Assembly (NCBI RefSeq): GCF_018350175.1
Contig: NC_058368.1
Span: 53,012,001-53,076,000 of the forward strand
Length of the DNA stretch: 64,000 nucleotides
From: Felis catus
Taxonomy: Eukaryota
Direction of reading: 5' to 3'
The translations under genes were made by a program, and so were the position numbers. The notes beneath the pieces were generated by a model. The model saw only the letters and a program-made list of their open reading frames with translations. It ran no database searches and was not told the DNA's origin. Shown one piece after another: positions 12,631 through 24,360 of the stretch. Each line of letters begins with the position of its first letter. Within the stretch, counting starts at the first letter, position 1.

Positions 12631-12885
12631 TCTTATTATCTTTATTATCTCTGCTACATGGGAGGGAACAAAGGCATATTAAAGAATATCTGATTCAAAA
12701 AAGCTCTAAAAAGTGGAATAAGTGAAATTAAAGATCCATCATCTGGGGCATTGGGTGTTCCTAAAGCTGTTTAGTGACTGATATATGCTGTAGGTGTTAT
12801 AAGTGTGTAATATCTTCCTCCCATTTCTCCAAAATTAATATTTCTTGTTGCACACATGGATAATGAAAACCCTCAATTAAAGAGT

Positions 12886-13077
12886 AAGAAGAGGGAAGGG
12901 AAAAGAAAGAAAAGAGAAAAGAACAGAGAAGAGAAAAGAAAAAAGAAAGGAAAGGAAAGGAAAGGGAAGGGAAGGGAAGGGAAGGGAAGGAAAGGAAAGG
13001 AAAGGAAAGGAAAGGAAAGGAAAGGAAAGGAGAAAAGAAAAGAAAAGAAAAAAGAAAAGAAAAGAAAAGAAAAGAGG
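12886..13077. repeat. Polypurine pentanucleotide repeat (AAAAG/AAAGG/AAGGG)
   Basis: About 190 nt of purines with a single C at 12924. Confidence 0.95.
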
Positions 13078-13123
13078 TGCTCCTGGATGCTTCTTGTAGA
13101 GCCCTACTAAAATTAACTATAGA

Positions 13124-13368
13124 GGGGCGCCTGGGTGGCTCAGTTGGTTAAGCGGCCGACTTCAGCTCAGGTCACGATCTCGCAGTCTGTGAGTTCGAGC
13201 CCCGCGTCGGGCTCTGGGCTGATGGCTCAGAGCCCGGAGCCTGCTTCCGATTCTGTGTCTCCCTCTCTCTCTGCCCCTCCCCCGTTCATGTTCTGTCTCT
13301 CTCTGTCTCAAAAATAAATAAAGGTTAAAAAAATAAAATAAAATAAAATAAAATAAAATAAAATAAAA
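13124..13368 (+). mobile_element. Young CAN-SINE with (AAAAT)n tail
   Basis: CpG-rich, near-consensus body. TSD TAAAATT(A/G)ACTATA (13108-13121 / 13369-13382). Confidence 0.98.
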
Positions 13369-15669
13369 TAAAATTGACTATACGATATAAGGTCTTAGTA
13401 GAGAAATCAAAATCATGGGACTCACCTGGCTAGTTCTCTATGAGACAAGGCTGGTCAGATCAACAGTCCAACAGATCACTTTCTTCTATATATGATAGAA
13501 GTAAGCAGAAATGATTTTGCTGTTTATGTCATTCCTGAGTCTAGCTTAGAAAATTGTACATTTCCTGCTATGTATCTGGAAAAAGTTTTATATGCTGAAC
13601 TTTTGCTAAAGTTACAAATTACTATCAAAACCAGTTGGCTGTCTGGTTAAAATTATTTTAGTTTTTTAATGAATAGCTTACCGGTCAAAGCATTATTTTG
13701 TAATTAGCTCTCATGTCTCAGCAGTATGTCTGATGGATGACTAGTATATCCTGTTAGGCTGGGCTTTCCTTGGCAGACTAGCTCAAATTCTAGCTGTACC
13801 CGTGCCATCATGTTCAATCCTGTCTTCTCTAGACCCTTCTGCTGGCATTGCCAATGACTTCCATCTGCAGGATAGAGTCCCTTGAGTTCCACAGTCATCC
13901 TGATCTGGTCAGAAGGTCAGCGCCAGTCTTCAGCCCACAATGGCAAGGTAGGGGTCCTGCTGACCTAAACCTCATCTCTGTTATTCCTTCCCTGCTTCCC
14001 TCACCCTTGGCCTAGACTGCAGACTGGATTTCTGCCTTAATTTCCCTCCAATCCTCCAGTTGCAGCTGGAACTGGAACTCTGTTCTATTCCCTGAGCTGC
14101 ATGGATGAATCTCGTATCCCGGCCAGGAACTGAGCTGATGCTGAGCGGACACAGCAGCCACCTGGCAGCCTTTGGTACCAGCTGCTCCTTGATGGCACGT
14201 GCCTTATCCAGGTATTCACGTCTGGACTTACCCCAACTCCGGACCAGGCCCAAGAATGCCACCCCATTTGCAAGAATCAGTCTCTAGAACTGGTTTCATT
14301 TCTCCAAACTCTTTTCTTACCTGGCCCAGGCTCTTCCTCACCACCAGGGCTACTGACACCTCTGTAGGCTCTTGAGTCAGATAAGTACGGTTATTACATC
14401 TGTCAGCCATTCCTCCTTCTCCACACTACCTTAATTACCGCCAGCAGGGATTAGGATGGCACTAACTTGAGCTCTCTTTCCTTTCTGCAATGCTAACATA
14501 ACAGTTTTCAAGAACTCACTCTGGTACCCTTCTCACCCTCCACGCCTACTTCTGTTTGTGAGCACAGTCACTCTGTGGGCCTACCAAGGGTCATTGTCAC
14601 TCCTGATCATGTTCTTATGACCCTGTCCCATACCCCTCACGGCCTCTTGGAAATGCACTCCAGGGAAGATGGCAAGTAAAGTAGGTTGTAAGTTGTGGCA
14701 TTTCAGTGATTTCTTGGATAAATTGAATCAATGAATATTCCAGGGATGATATTTTATAGCTGTCTCTATTTTCACATAAAGGAAGGGTCTTTGGCTTGCT
14801 TACTTTGCAGGCTATTGAGTGGACCAAATGAGATTAAGTACATGAAACTACTTGTCAACTCTCAAGTGCCATGCAGATGCAGTTACTCAATATAGTTGAG
14901 CTATATCCATTCATTACTAATTTTAGTTTCCAGTATGGTATTGGATTTATTTATTCTGCTTATGTAGTAGATACAAATTTTTCAGAAGGTAGACGTCCAT
15001 AAAAAGAGATTGTTACTTTCTAAAACTCAATCTAATCTCTGCTTTGAACCTCATTCCCCCAGGTAACAGAGTACTTAATTTTTGTCAAACACCGCTAAAT
15101 TGGTGTTTTCTGACATTTCAAGATTTCCCCAGGCTCCATTTATGTTCTGGGAAACATCACAGCTGGGCTACTGGGAAAGAAGTAGGAGACAGACTCCTGG
15201 TTTTCAGCTGACATCACCCTTGTTTCAGCACCCCCTGCTGATGCCCGAGTTCCCATCAGCCTCCAGCGCCCCTTGCATTCTCTGCTTCCAGTCCACAGTC
15301 CTTCTCTCAGGCACTCGTTCCTCTTTTGGAGTCAGAGAAGCATTTAGATTCCCTCACTCAGCACTGCTAGAGATTGGAGAAACTGACCCGGTATGCTGAA
15401 AACCACCACATCGCTCTTTCCACCACCCTAGTGCTCCACAAGATGGAAGCAAACAGGCTAAATCTTTGCTTGTCTGACTTGCCTCCATCTCCACAGACAA
15501 AAGAAATTTTTAGCAAGAGTAACATGAACTTACAGAAAACTCACCCAGCATTCTTCCCAAATCTATTGTTTGGCTAAGCGAAACTTCAGCTCTCATATTC
15601 CAATGCTCAAGCTTTTGAGCCTAAAATTCCTTCCTCAACCAATAGCTTCTATTAAAACTTACAAAACCC

Positions 15670-15891
15670 GGGGCGCCTGGGTAGCGCAGTCGGTTAAGCG
15701 TCCGACTTCAGCCAGATCACGATCTCGCAGTCTGGGAGTTCGAGCCCCGCATCAGGCTCTGGGCTGATGGCTCAGAGCCTGGAGCCTGTTTCTGTATCTG
15801 TGTCTCCCTCTCTCTCTGCCCCTCCCCCGTTCATGCTGTGTCTCTCTCTGTCCCAAAAATAAATAAATGTTGAAAAAAAAAATTTTTTTTA
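15670..15891 (+). mobile_element. Young felid CAN-SINE
   Basis: GGGGCGCCTGGGTAGCGCAGTCGGTTAAGCGTCCG head. TSD AAAACTTACAAAAC (15654-15667 / 15892-15905). Confidence 0.98.
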
Positions 15892-16007
15892 AAAACTTAC
15901 AAAACTCTATCTGAAGAGTGTATGCTTTCTTGTTCCTTTTCTCAAAGCAGTTTTCTCCAGATGCTGCCTGTAAGGAGGGAACAAGTCCTAAGGTAAAAAA
16001 AAAAAAA

Positions 16008-16130
16008 GTTCTATATCTGGACTGTATGGGGATGACATAGGGATATATATTTTCAAAACTCATTGAACTCTTTACTTAACATACGTGCATTTTCTTACAT
16101 GTAAATTATACTCAATCAAGTTTATTAAAA
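16008..16130 (+). mobile_element. Old L1 (L1M) 3' end fragment
   Basis: TCAAAACTCATTGAACT...GTGCATTTTCTTACATGTAAATTATACTCAAT is typical of an L1M 3' terminus. Confidence 0.75.
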
Positions 16131-16549
16131 ATATTTAAATACATGTGTCCACACATACATACACACTCACACATAGGACAATATTGAAATATTTCCCCCA
16201 TTACACTGATCCGTTTTGCCTTCTTTCCTAATAAGCACATCCTAACTATATTGTGGAGATTAAAATGTGCCTTTTTAAATTTGAAGATTTTTTTCCTTAT
16301 GACATTCCTTTAGTTCTTAATCTTTCTTACTTTAGCATGCATCAAACTTACTCTCTTTATTCCTTATTTTTCCTTTCTATAATTTTGATTTTATTGGCTT
16401 ATGCCAGCTACTTTCTTTCTGCTCTGTATATGAGTGAAGTACATGTTGTTGTAGTTTGTTCCATAGACATTTGTGCTGAGCTAGGTGAGTAAGGGCATAC
16501 TCCAGGGACAACTCAGATATTCTTAACAATTAAGATCCTTAGACTGAAG

Positions 16550-16713
16550 AGGCACTTGGGTGGCTCAGTCAGTTAAGCTTCTGACTTTGGCTCAGGTCAT
16601 GATCTCACAGCTTGTGAGTTCAAGCTCCCCATCAGGCTCTAGGCTGACAGCTCATAGCCTGGAGTCTGCTTCAGATCCTATCTCTGACTCCCTCTGCCCC
16701 TGTCCCAGTCACA

Positions 16714-16766
<53 letters not shown>

Positions 16767-16790
16767 ATAAATAAACTTAAAAAAAAAAAA
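16550..16790 (+). mobile_element. CAN-SINE with expanded (CT)n
   Basis: SINE head, (CT)n at ~16717-16762 and poly(A). Degenerate TSD AAGAT.CTT..CTGAAG. Confidence 0.96.
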
Positions 16791-17928
16791 AAGATTCTTG
16801 AGCTGAAGATGCCTAACCCTGAACAGGCATCAGACATTTTCTATAGCATGACTGTTCTTTGCATTGATGCCTTTTTTTCCCCAATAAAAATTTATTAATA
16901 ACCCACATTTTTGCAAGAGTCATTAATGAGATGTTAATTTTTTTTATTCCCCAAATGACTTGACTGCTAAGAACATGAAACATTAAAACAGTCTGCCTAT
17001 ATTTCTGGTTTGTCGTAAAAGTGTTAAACACCTATGTGTGTTCATGATTGAAATGATGGATTCTTAGATTCTACTTTTTTTAAAACATTCCTAAGACATT
17101 TTTATTTGAGTATTTATAAAATCGCACAAATGGCACAGTCTCATAAACCATCTGTTTACCACCTATCGGGACTCAAGCCCAAGATAGTCCTCTTCTTTCC
17201 AGCACTTTTTTTCCAATAAATAATTTGTCATGATGGTCTTGTTCTGTCTGAGGGGCACTTTGTTTAAGTCAATTCAATGCTCCTCCATTACTCTACATAA
17301 CACAGTAAGAGGCATCAAGTTGGTTGAATATCTGTAAAGATCGAGACTACAAGATTTCTTGTGATCATTTGTATGCACTCAGTCATTTAGCAGGTTGATT
17401 TCAAAGACAACGGTAAAGAATCAATCCCAGACTCAATTCAAAACTATGGTTATGTGCTGCTTTGGGCTTCTTTTTTATGATACAAAAAAAGACTGCCTTT
17501 AGGAGTATACACACCTCCAAAGAATCGATGTCCTTGTGCAAATATGATGCTACTCTTTGCATTCCTGTATGGCTGGAGGCCTTTCTGCGCCATGCATTAA
17601 TGGACTTAGTTCTTTTGTTGACTGTTCCCATTGGTTTTTACAACCCAAACTTTGGGTGTCCTTTACGAAAGTACCTTTCCTTTTTTACACAGCATTTGCG
17701 TCAAGACTGCTCCTTCCATTGCTCTGATCGTCCAGCCATCTCTTGTGCTGCTACAGTAATTACAATAAGCAGCTTTTCAGTTTTCTCCCATTCATCATCA
17801 TGAATATTAAATTTCCTATAACTATTCCTTTTCCAGAAAATATGCTGCTTTTTTTGTCAGACACTCAAAAGAGTTATTACCGTTACAAGGTCATTATTGA
17901 TTTCTAAAGTGATCAGAAGGAATTTCCC

Positions 17929-18100
17929 CCCAGTTTTATTGCAAAATAATTGACCTATACCACAACATACATTTAAGGCATACAGCGTGATGGTTTGATT
18001 TACATATATTGTGAAATGATTCCTATAACAGGATCAGCTAATATCCAACATCTCGTATAGATACAATATAAAGAAAAGAAAGTAGAAGAGAAAAAAAATT
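17929..18100 (-). mobile_element. Carnivore L1 (L1_Carn-like) 3' end
   Basis: CATACAGCGTGATGGTTTGATTTACATATATTGTGAAATGATT...CAGCTAATATCC is a reverse L1 3' UTR. Confidence 0.75.
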
Positions 18101-18484
18101 CTCCACCTACTCTATTTTTTAATTCTACAATTTTAAGTTGGGTAAAATTGTACCAATATGTCATCACAAAAAAGTGTTTTTCCCTTTCACATATAATTTT
18201 GGGAGTTCTCAATGCATCGATATTATGTAGATTATAGCATAGATATTTATTTAAATAAATTAATCATTGAAAAGTCATTATATATCTTTGTCTTTGTTTC
18301 TAGTTCTTTTGCAATAACACTGATGCCAGTGAATGTCGGTCATTCTCTAGGGAGTTTGAGAGGATCCAGGGATCTGTAGATAATTGATAACATCAGAAAA
18401 TGTGAGTGCATAAATTGTACACCAAATTTGACTTTAAAAATGGTGACAACGTGTAAAACTGATATCATTATCACTAAAGTCATT

Positions 18485-18702
18485 TCTTTATTTTTTAAGT
18501 TTTTAAGTTTATTTACTTTGAGAGAGAGTATGAGCACATGAATGGGGGAGGGGCAGAGAGAGAGGGAGCAAGAGAATCCCAAGCAGACTCCACGCTATCA
18601 GAGCAGAGCCCAACTCAGGGCTCGACTCACAATCCATGAGATCATGCCCTGAGCCAAAATTAAGAGTCAGATGCTTAACCAACTGAGCCACCCAGGCGCC
18701 CC
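18485..18702 (-). mobile_element. CAN-SINE (older type)
   Basis: Reverse SINE ending CTGAGCCACCCAGGCGCCCC. Confidence 0.96.
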
Positions 18703-19625
18703 ACCAAAATCTTTTATTAAATAGCCAATTGAGCATGACATCTGGCTTTTATCCTCCAAGAGAAATTTTTGCCAATAAGCAACTCTTCTCTTGATTACCT
18801 TCGGCAATCACAAGTCCCTGGTGATTACAGAGGAGTGTCTGAATTTGATGAATTACCTTTGGACTTCCGGCATTATATGTCATTGGCACATGCAATATTA
18901 GTGGCTTTCTTTTGCCACTTTCAAGTCTAAATTACTTTTATAAAGAATCAAATGATTTCTATTGAACTTGATCTATCGCCTGGAAAAAGTTACTCTCAAA
19001 ATACAATTTGCTGTTTTATATCATTATGGATAATGATGTATATAATTGCTACTACCATAGTATATTGAGATCCTAGGTCAATCAGAATTAACTAATTCAA
19101 CAGCATCTCATAATCAGTATTTCATTTCCTTATTATATATAATTTTGTGAAAATGAGGGAAAGCACAAAACCCAGCTGGCATTGAGACATAGGGGTTGGT
19201 GGGTGGTAGTATGAGGGTCAACAGAGTCACAGCCAAATTCCATTTCTCCACATAGAGTAAAACTTTATCTCTATGATAACCACGTTATGATTTTGAAAAC
19301 TCTTGAATTATTTTCTATGTAGCTTTAAAATATTCTCAAGCCAAGGTTAAAACAGTAATAGGCTTAATTGGTAGGTTCACCTTATAATTAATCTAAATAT
19401 CCCACATTCCAGAGAACCAAATTTTATGATTGGTTTTCACTTCATATTAGTAAAGATACAGATTGGAGCAAAAAGAGTCATCATATCACAGAACATAATT
19501 CTCCCTCTTCTATAATGTTTTAGATGCCCATCTCCTTAGAAAAACTTAAGTTAATTATATTTCTTGGCAGGATGGACCCTAAAGATTGCTTCTGGTCTTA
19601 AATTCTCAAGATTATTGATGAAGAA

Positions 19626-19839
19626 TTTTAAAAAATTAACGTTTATTTCTTTTTGAGAGACAAAAAGAGAGCATGAGTGGGGGGAGGAGTAGAGACAAAG
19701 GGAGACACAGAATCCAAAGCAGGCCCCAGGCTCTGAGCTGTCAGCACAGAGCCGGATGTGGGGCTTGAACTCACAGACTACGAGATCATGACCTGAGCTG
19801 AAGTCAGGTGCTTAACCAACTAATCCACCCAGGAGCCCC
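19626..19839 (-). mobile_element. CAN-SINE
   Basis: Reverse SINE body (GAATCCAAAGCAGGCCCCAGGCTCTGAGCTGTCAGC) ending CCACCCAGGAGCCCC. Confidence 0.95.
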
Positions 19840-20384
19840 TGAAATTTTTTTTTAATTCCAATTCATCTCAATAAATTTCAAATCATACATTATAAACAAA
19901 AGAGTACTTTGCTATATTCAAATATATACAGAATATCTGATGTGGTTTCCATTATGGAATCCATTATCCTGGTTGAATATTAAAATATATCTCCTGTACA
20001 TGGGATTTGTATTCATTCTAACATCCTTCATTCTTTGGAGATTGATAGAAATCTTCTGAGGCTTTTTTTCAGGTAGACATTTTTAAGGTAAAAAAGGAAA
20101 AAGACTTCAAATATAGCTTTGGCTTGAAATAAAAACCTTATGGTTTTCATAGTCAACAGACTTCAAAAATGGAAGTCCTAGAAGAAAGAAGATTTGAAAT
20201 TTGGCCAGTTGGTTTAACTGTGAGATCACAACATTACTTTTAAGGCTCACTGAAACACTGGGTCATTCTGTGGTACTCCCAAAGAAAGGAAAAGAGAAAT
20301 TGATTGGTTTATGCATGGCCAATGCACTCCCAAATAGTTCATTGCAAAGTAATGCATATTGAAAAAGACAGTTTAAAGTTCCCA

Positions 20385-20600
20385 CACACTAATGGGTCTG
20401 ATGGGCTCTGAATTAGCTGGCACCTTTTTCGAAAAAGATCTGGGCATCATTATGAACAGCTCAATTAAGATGTCTGCTCAATGGGCTACATTGGGCCAAA
20501 AAAAGCAAATAGACTGCTGGATGAATTAATAAAGGGAGAGATAATGTGAAAATATTATAATGGCCTTGCATAAACCTTGATGAGTGGGGGTAGTTTCAGT
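20385..20600 (+). mobile_element. Ancient CR1/L3 LINE ORF2 fragment
   Basis: Translates across frameshifts to LMGSELA...EKDLGIIMNSSIKMSAQW...KKANRLL...NIIMAL. This matches the CR1 post-RT motif EKDLGVIVDxxLKMSAQC...KKANRMLG. Confidence 0.8.
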
Positions 20601-21252
20601 GCCTCCTGCCTAAATTTAGATGAGTAAATCAGCTTCTCCCATCATGGATCACTTGACTCATTTCCAGAGGAACTCTCTGGGTACAGTTTTCCTGACTCTG
20701 GGAGTCAGTAGGCAGGTGCCTGTAACATCAGAAACATCATTCTTACCACATCTGTTTGGCTGCTGATGCCTTTGGATGGGGTCTCCTCACCTTTTTTCTT
20801 CTGACTCAGCATAGGCAAACTTCCTGCCTGTTTACAGGGTGCCATGAAAGTTGGGAAGAGGAAATGTGATGGTACACGGAAGTCTAACATCCCAGGAGCA
20901 ACATATTAATAAACACTTCACGGATTTATAACCTTGTCTTACAAACGGGTTCAAAAAGTTTTTGGATGCTCGAGAGGTTTCCCCAAATTTGATAAAACAT
21001 CCCACTGCAAGCTATAATAATCCCATTTCACCAAAGCCATACCTCTCCTTTCCAATGGTCCATGCCTCAGAATAAGGAAGACAAATAGATCTGCATAATT
21101 AGGATCCTCAAGTCATTTCCTCTGTGAGAAAATTCACCTTTCTTTGAAAAAGCTACAAGAATTTAAAAGAAGACAAAATCAATCTCATGTCCATTCAGGT
21201 TTCTTACTCCAATCCTCTCCAATGGTCATACACATTTATGATGACTATATTA

Positions 21253-21254
<2 letters not shown>

Positions 21255-21290
<36 letters not shown>

Positions 21291-21303
21291 GTGTGTTGTG
21301 TGC
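21255..21303. repeat. (TG)n microsatellite
   Basis: About 17 perfect TG units plus a degenerate extension. Confidence 0.97.
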
Positions 21304-23009
21304 ACGAGTATGTGTGTATTCTTAGTTTTATTAATGACTCTTCTTAGCAGCTCAGTTAAGAAATGAATTTCCATAGGAAATGTTGAAAACAGATACACGG
21401 CAGTTGCCCCCCAGTTATCAAATGAGCTGGAAACAAATTCTCCCATCAGGTTATGTACAGAGCTTGAAACATTTTTAATCAAAACCATTTAGCCCCTGAA
21501 ATAAAAAATATATATATAGCAAACTAACATCTCTTATTATCCTAAAACAATCCTGAAAATCTTAAAGCCTGAAAACAACAAAGTCCTAGAAAAGTTAGAT
21601 AATCTAACTGGGTCATTTGAACTTCTTTTTGGCCTCCAAGGAGAGATTAGTACCAGTCCTAAACTTTCACACTAATGCTCAATCCACTAGACCAGTACTG
21701 TTACAGGTACAGAAATTGAGAATAAAAGCATAAAAACTTTTATAACAATTTGGCATCACCATGACAACCAAGAACATGATTTTGTATTTTAGCAAAATGT
21801 CAGTCTGTGATAGTTTGAGAATTAAAAACAAACGGATAAATAAACTGTCCTCCACCATGGATACTTTAAAGCCTGGAGTACTCGACTATGTTAAATCATA
21901 GCCACTGAAGGAGTAATTTAGCATTTCAGTCAGGATCTCTGCACTTTCAGGTTTAGCCTCTGAAGCTCCACGTAAGAGAGAAAATAAGCAAATCGACATG
22001 AAATCAAAACACATCCACATGGGAATGCTGAGACTCACCTTCCACACTTTGACATATTAATATGTTTCAACTTCCTATTTCCCTCTAGTGGCTCTTGGTT
22101 CAGAAAATTGAGGAGGGCCTGAGAGACTGAACACAAGCAAAAAGCAAGATCAACTAAGTGCCGTCGCCTTCCTTTTAAGTTGGTGAATAAAAACCTTGAA
22201 TCCTTTTTGGTATTCTTGTTTGATTTGAGGTTAGTTTCTGATTTTTTTTTTTACTTGTAAATTACCTGCCTTATTTGAGTATCATCAGTAGTGTCGTTTA
22301 AAAGACTGTAGTGTAATATATTTGCATATTGATTTCTTAAGATTTACAATCATAACCATCAGCTTCACAAACAGGGGAAAAAGGGTAGAGTATCCTAGAG
22401 ATCTAAGAAATAAAATAATAATTTTTTTGTTGATAAAAAACAAAACATGTTTGTTGATAAAAAACATGTCCCTCTTTGAAGGAGGGACATGCTGCTGGTT
22501 ATTCCTATCAGATATCAAAGAGTTAATAGCCACTTTTTGGAGAAATGTTGACCAACGTGAATGCAGAGTTGGGTCTAAGTGTGATCCTTCAGAGCATATT
22601 GATAAAGGAAATGCAGAACAGCATTGATTTCACTGCTGCCAAAGTGCCCAGGCTTCGATCTACGACCGTATTGACCCCATTCCCAGAACAAAATGTAACA
22701 AAATTTACACAATAGCAGCATCAAATAGCCTCAGTTATGCTGTCTAGGATGATCACGGAGAAGTCGATTTTCAAGTTGTATCAATATTTTTGTTGAAAAT
22801 GCTGTGGTTCCTGTTGAAATTGGGAGAATAGTACAGATGCATTTGATAAACAGCTTTTATTTTCTCTTGGGTAACAATGCCACACATATCCTCCCAGTAC
22901 AGTTAGAGTAAAAAGATTTTAAGAGTTCCCGTGGGGGGAGGGGGGAGATAATGATGTTGAAACCCATTATAATTCTTAAATTAATACTATATATTTCACA
23001 TGTTGATAT

Positions 23010-23200
23010 TTAGTGACCTGGAAAGATGTTTATTAAATGTTAATAAGAGACAGGTTGTATAATGTGATTCTGTTTTGCTACCATACGTGTATTGGGGAAA
23101 ACAATCCAAAAGGTATGTACTTCAGAAATTTAATCATGGTGTTATCTGAGTGATAGCATTATTATTGTTTCTTTTTCTTTATGCTTGTCTGTGTTTTCTC
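23010..23200 (+). mobile_element. Old L1ME-like 3' fragment (host of the Tigger insertion)
   Basis: TGGAAAGATGTT...GTATAATGTGATTC...GGTGTTATCTGAGTG...TTTTCTTTATGCTTGTCTGTGTTTTCT resembles an L1ME 3' end. Confidence 0.5.
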
Positions 23201-23203
23201 ATA

Positions 23204-23717
23204 TAGGTTTCCCCCCAGTATCTGAAAGTAGAGCGTTCCTATGAAACCTTTGGTAAGCCAAAATGTCATAAAGCAAAGAAGCAATTGCCTTTATACGGAA
23301 AAGTTTTTGAGCATCCTCATACCCCAAAAATAACCTCTCTTAGACTCTCCTGATACCTCAGGACACATCTTGCTAGCAGATCCACATAATAAATTGAGAA
23401 AAAGCACAGATGCTCACAGACACAGCTCAGAGCTCTTGATTCTGAGATGCTGAGATACCGAGTGTAGTTCCCAAGGAAGGAGCTCGGCAGGTCTGCTTTC
23501 TGCTGCCTGCGGAGGGCACTGCCTCGATGACAGCTCGCTGGAAAACAAACACTGAATGCTTTTTAATTTTTTTTTTTGTTTTTGTGTCTTTTTTGTAAAA
23601 AAAAAAAAGCGAAAATCCTCTTTGGGTTTCTCATGATTAGCGAACACAGGTACTAAAGAAGTTTTTTCAAAAAGCAAAGTTGTATAAAGGGAAGTTTTGA
23701 AAAGCGAGTGATGCCTG
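23204..23717. mobile_element. Non-autonomous TcMar-Tigger-type DNA transposon, both ends present
   Basis: Imperfect TIRs (TAGGTTTCCCCCCAGTATCTGAAAG versus the reverse complement of TTTTGAAAAGCGAGTGATGCCTG), flanked by TA on both sides (23202-23203 and 23718-23719). Confidence 0.75.
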
Positions 23718-24139
23718 TATTTTTATCATAGGCATGAACTTCCCATTTTCCTTTTGAAAAAAAGAAAGAAAAGGAAATACTTTCATCCACTTTGGGGATG
23801 GAAGAATGATCTACATAATCTGCTCTTACCATTTCTCCAAGTAGGAGCTCATCCCAAATACTCAAAATTGTGTTAAGGTGTTATAATGACGGTACCCCCC
23901 CCCCCCCCCCCGCCAAAATGGGAAACTTGCTTCCTTTCCTTTCCCAGGTCACCGAAACTTTGCAAATATCAGCAGAAGCAAGTATAGGATTCAGTAATTA
24001 AATTACTGGAAGAATATAAAATAAACAAAAATATATGTGTAAGAGTGTATAGAATTGTCTCAAAGTAAGTAGAAATCTCTATTCTCGAATGCATAGAAAA
24101 ATGGAAAATCTGGAGAGCTGGAGGAGTGTTTGCAGTCAA

Positions 24140-24360
24140 CTAAGTAGCAGAGTTACAAGTTTTAGAAACTGAAAGACCTGGGTATGATTTATGTCACCAT
24201 CACTTATGAACAGGTTTCTTAACATCTCAGTCTGTTGTCTCTTCTGTCAAATGAGGATGATAGTAAAACCACCTCATAGAGATTTTAAATAACTATATCA
24301 GAATCTGTGCTGGAAGTTTAGCACACTGCCTTAGGCATGTTGAGCCTTCAGTAAATCATC
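24140..24360 (+). mobile_element. MIR
   Basis: AGACCTGGG...TTCTTAACATCTC...CTGTCAAATGAGGATGATAGTA...ACCTCATAG...TAGCACACTGCC. Confidence 0.75.

Noticed and set aside
12856..13110. 84-aa K/R/E/G-rich ORF
   Set aside because: It is a translation of the polypurine microsatellite, which cannot encode stop codons.
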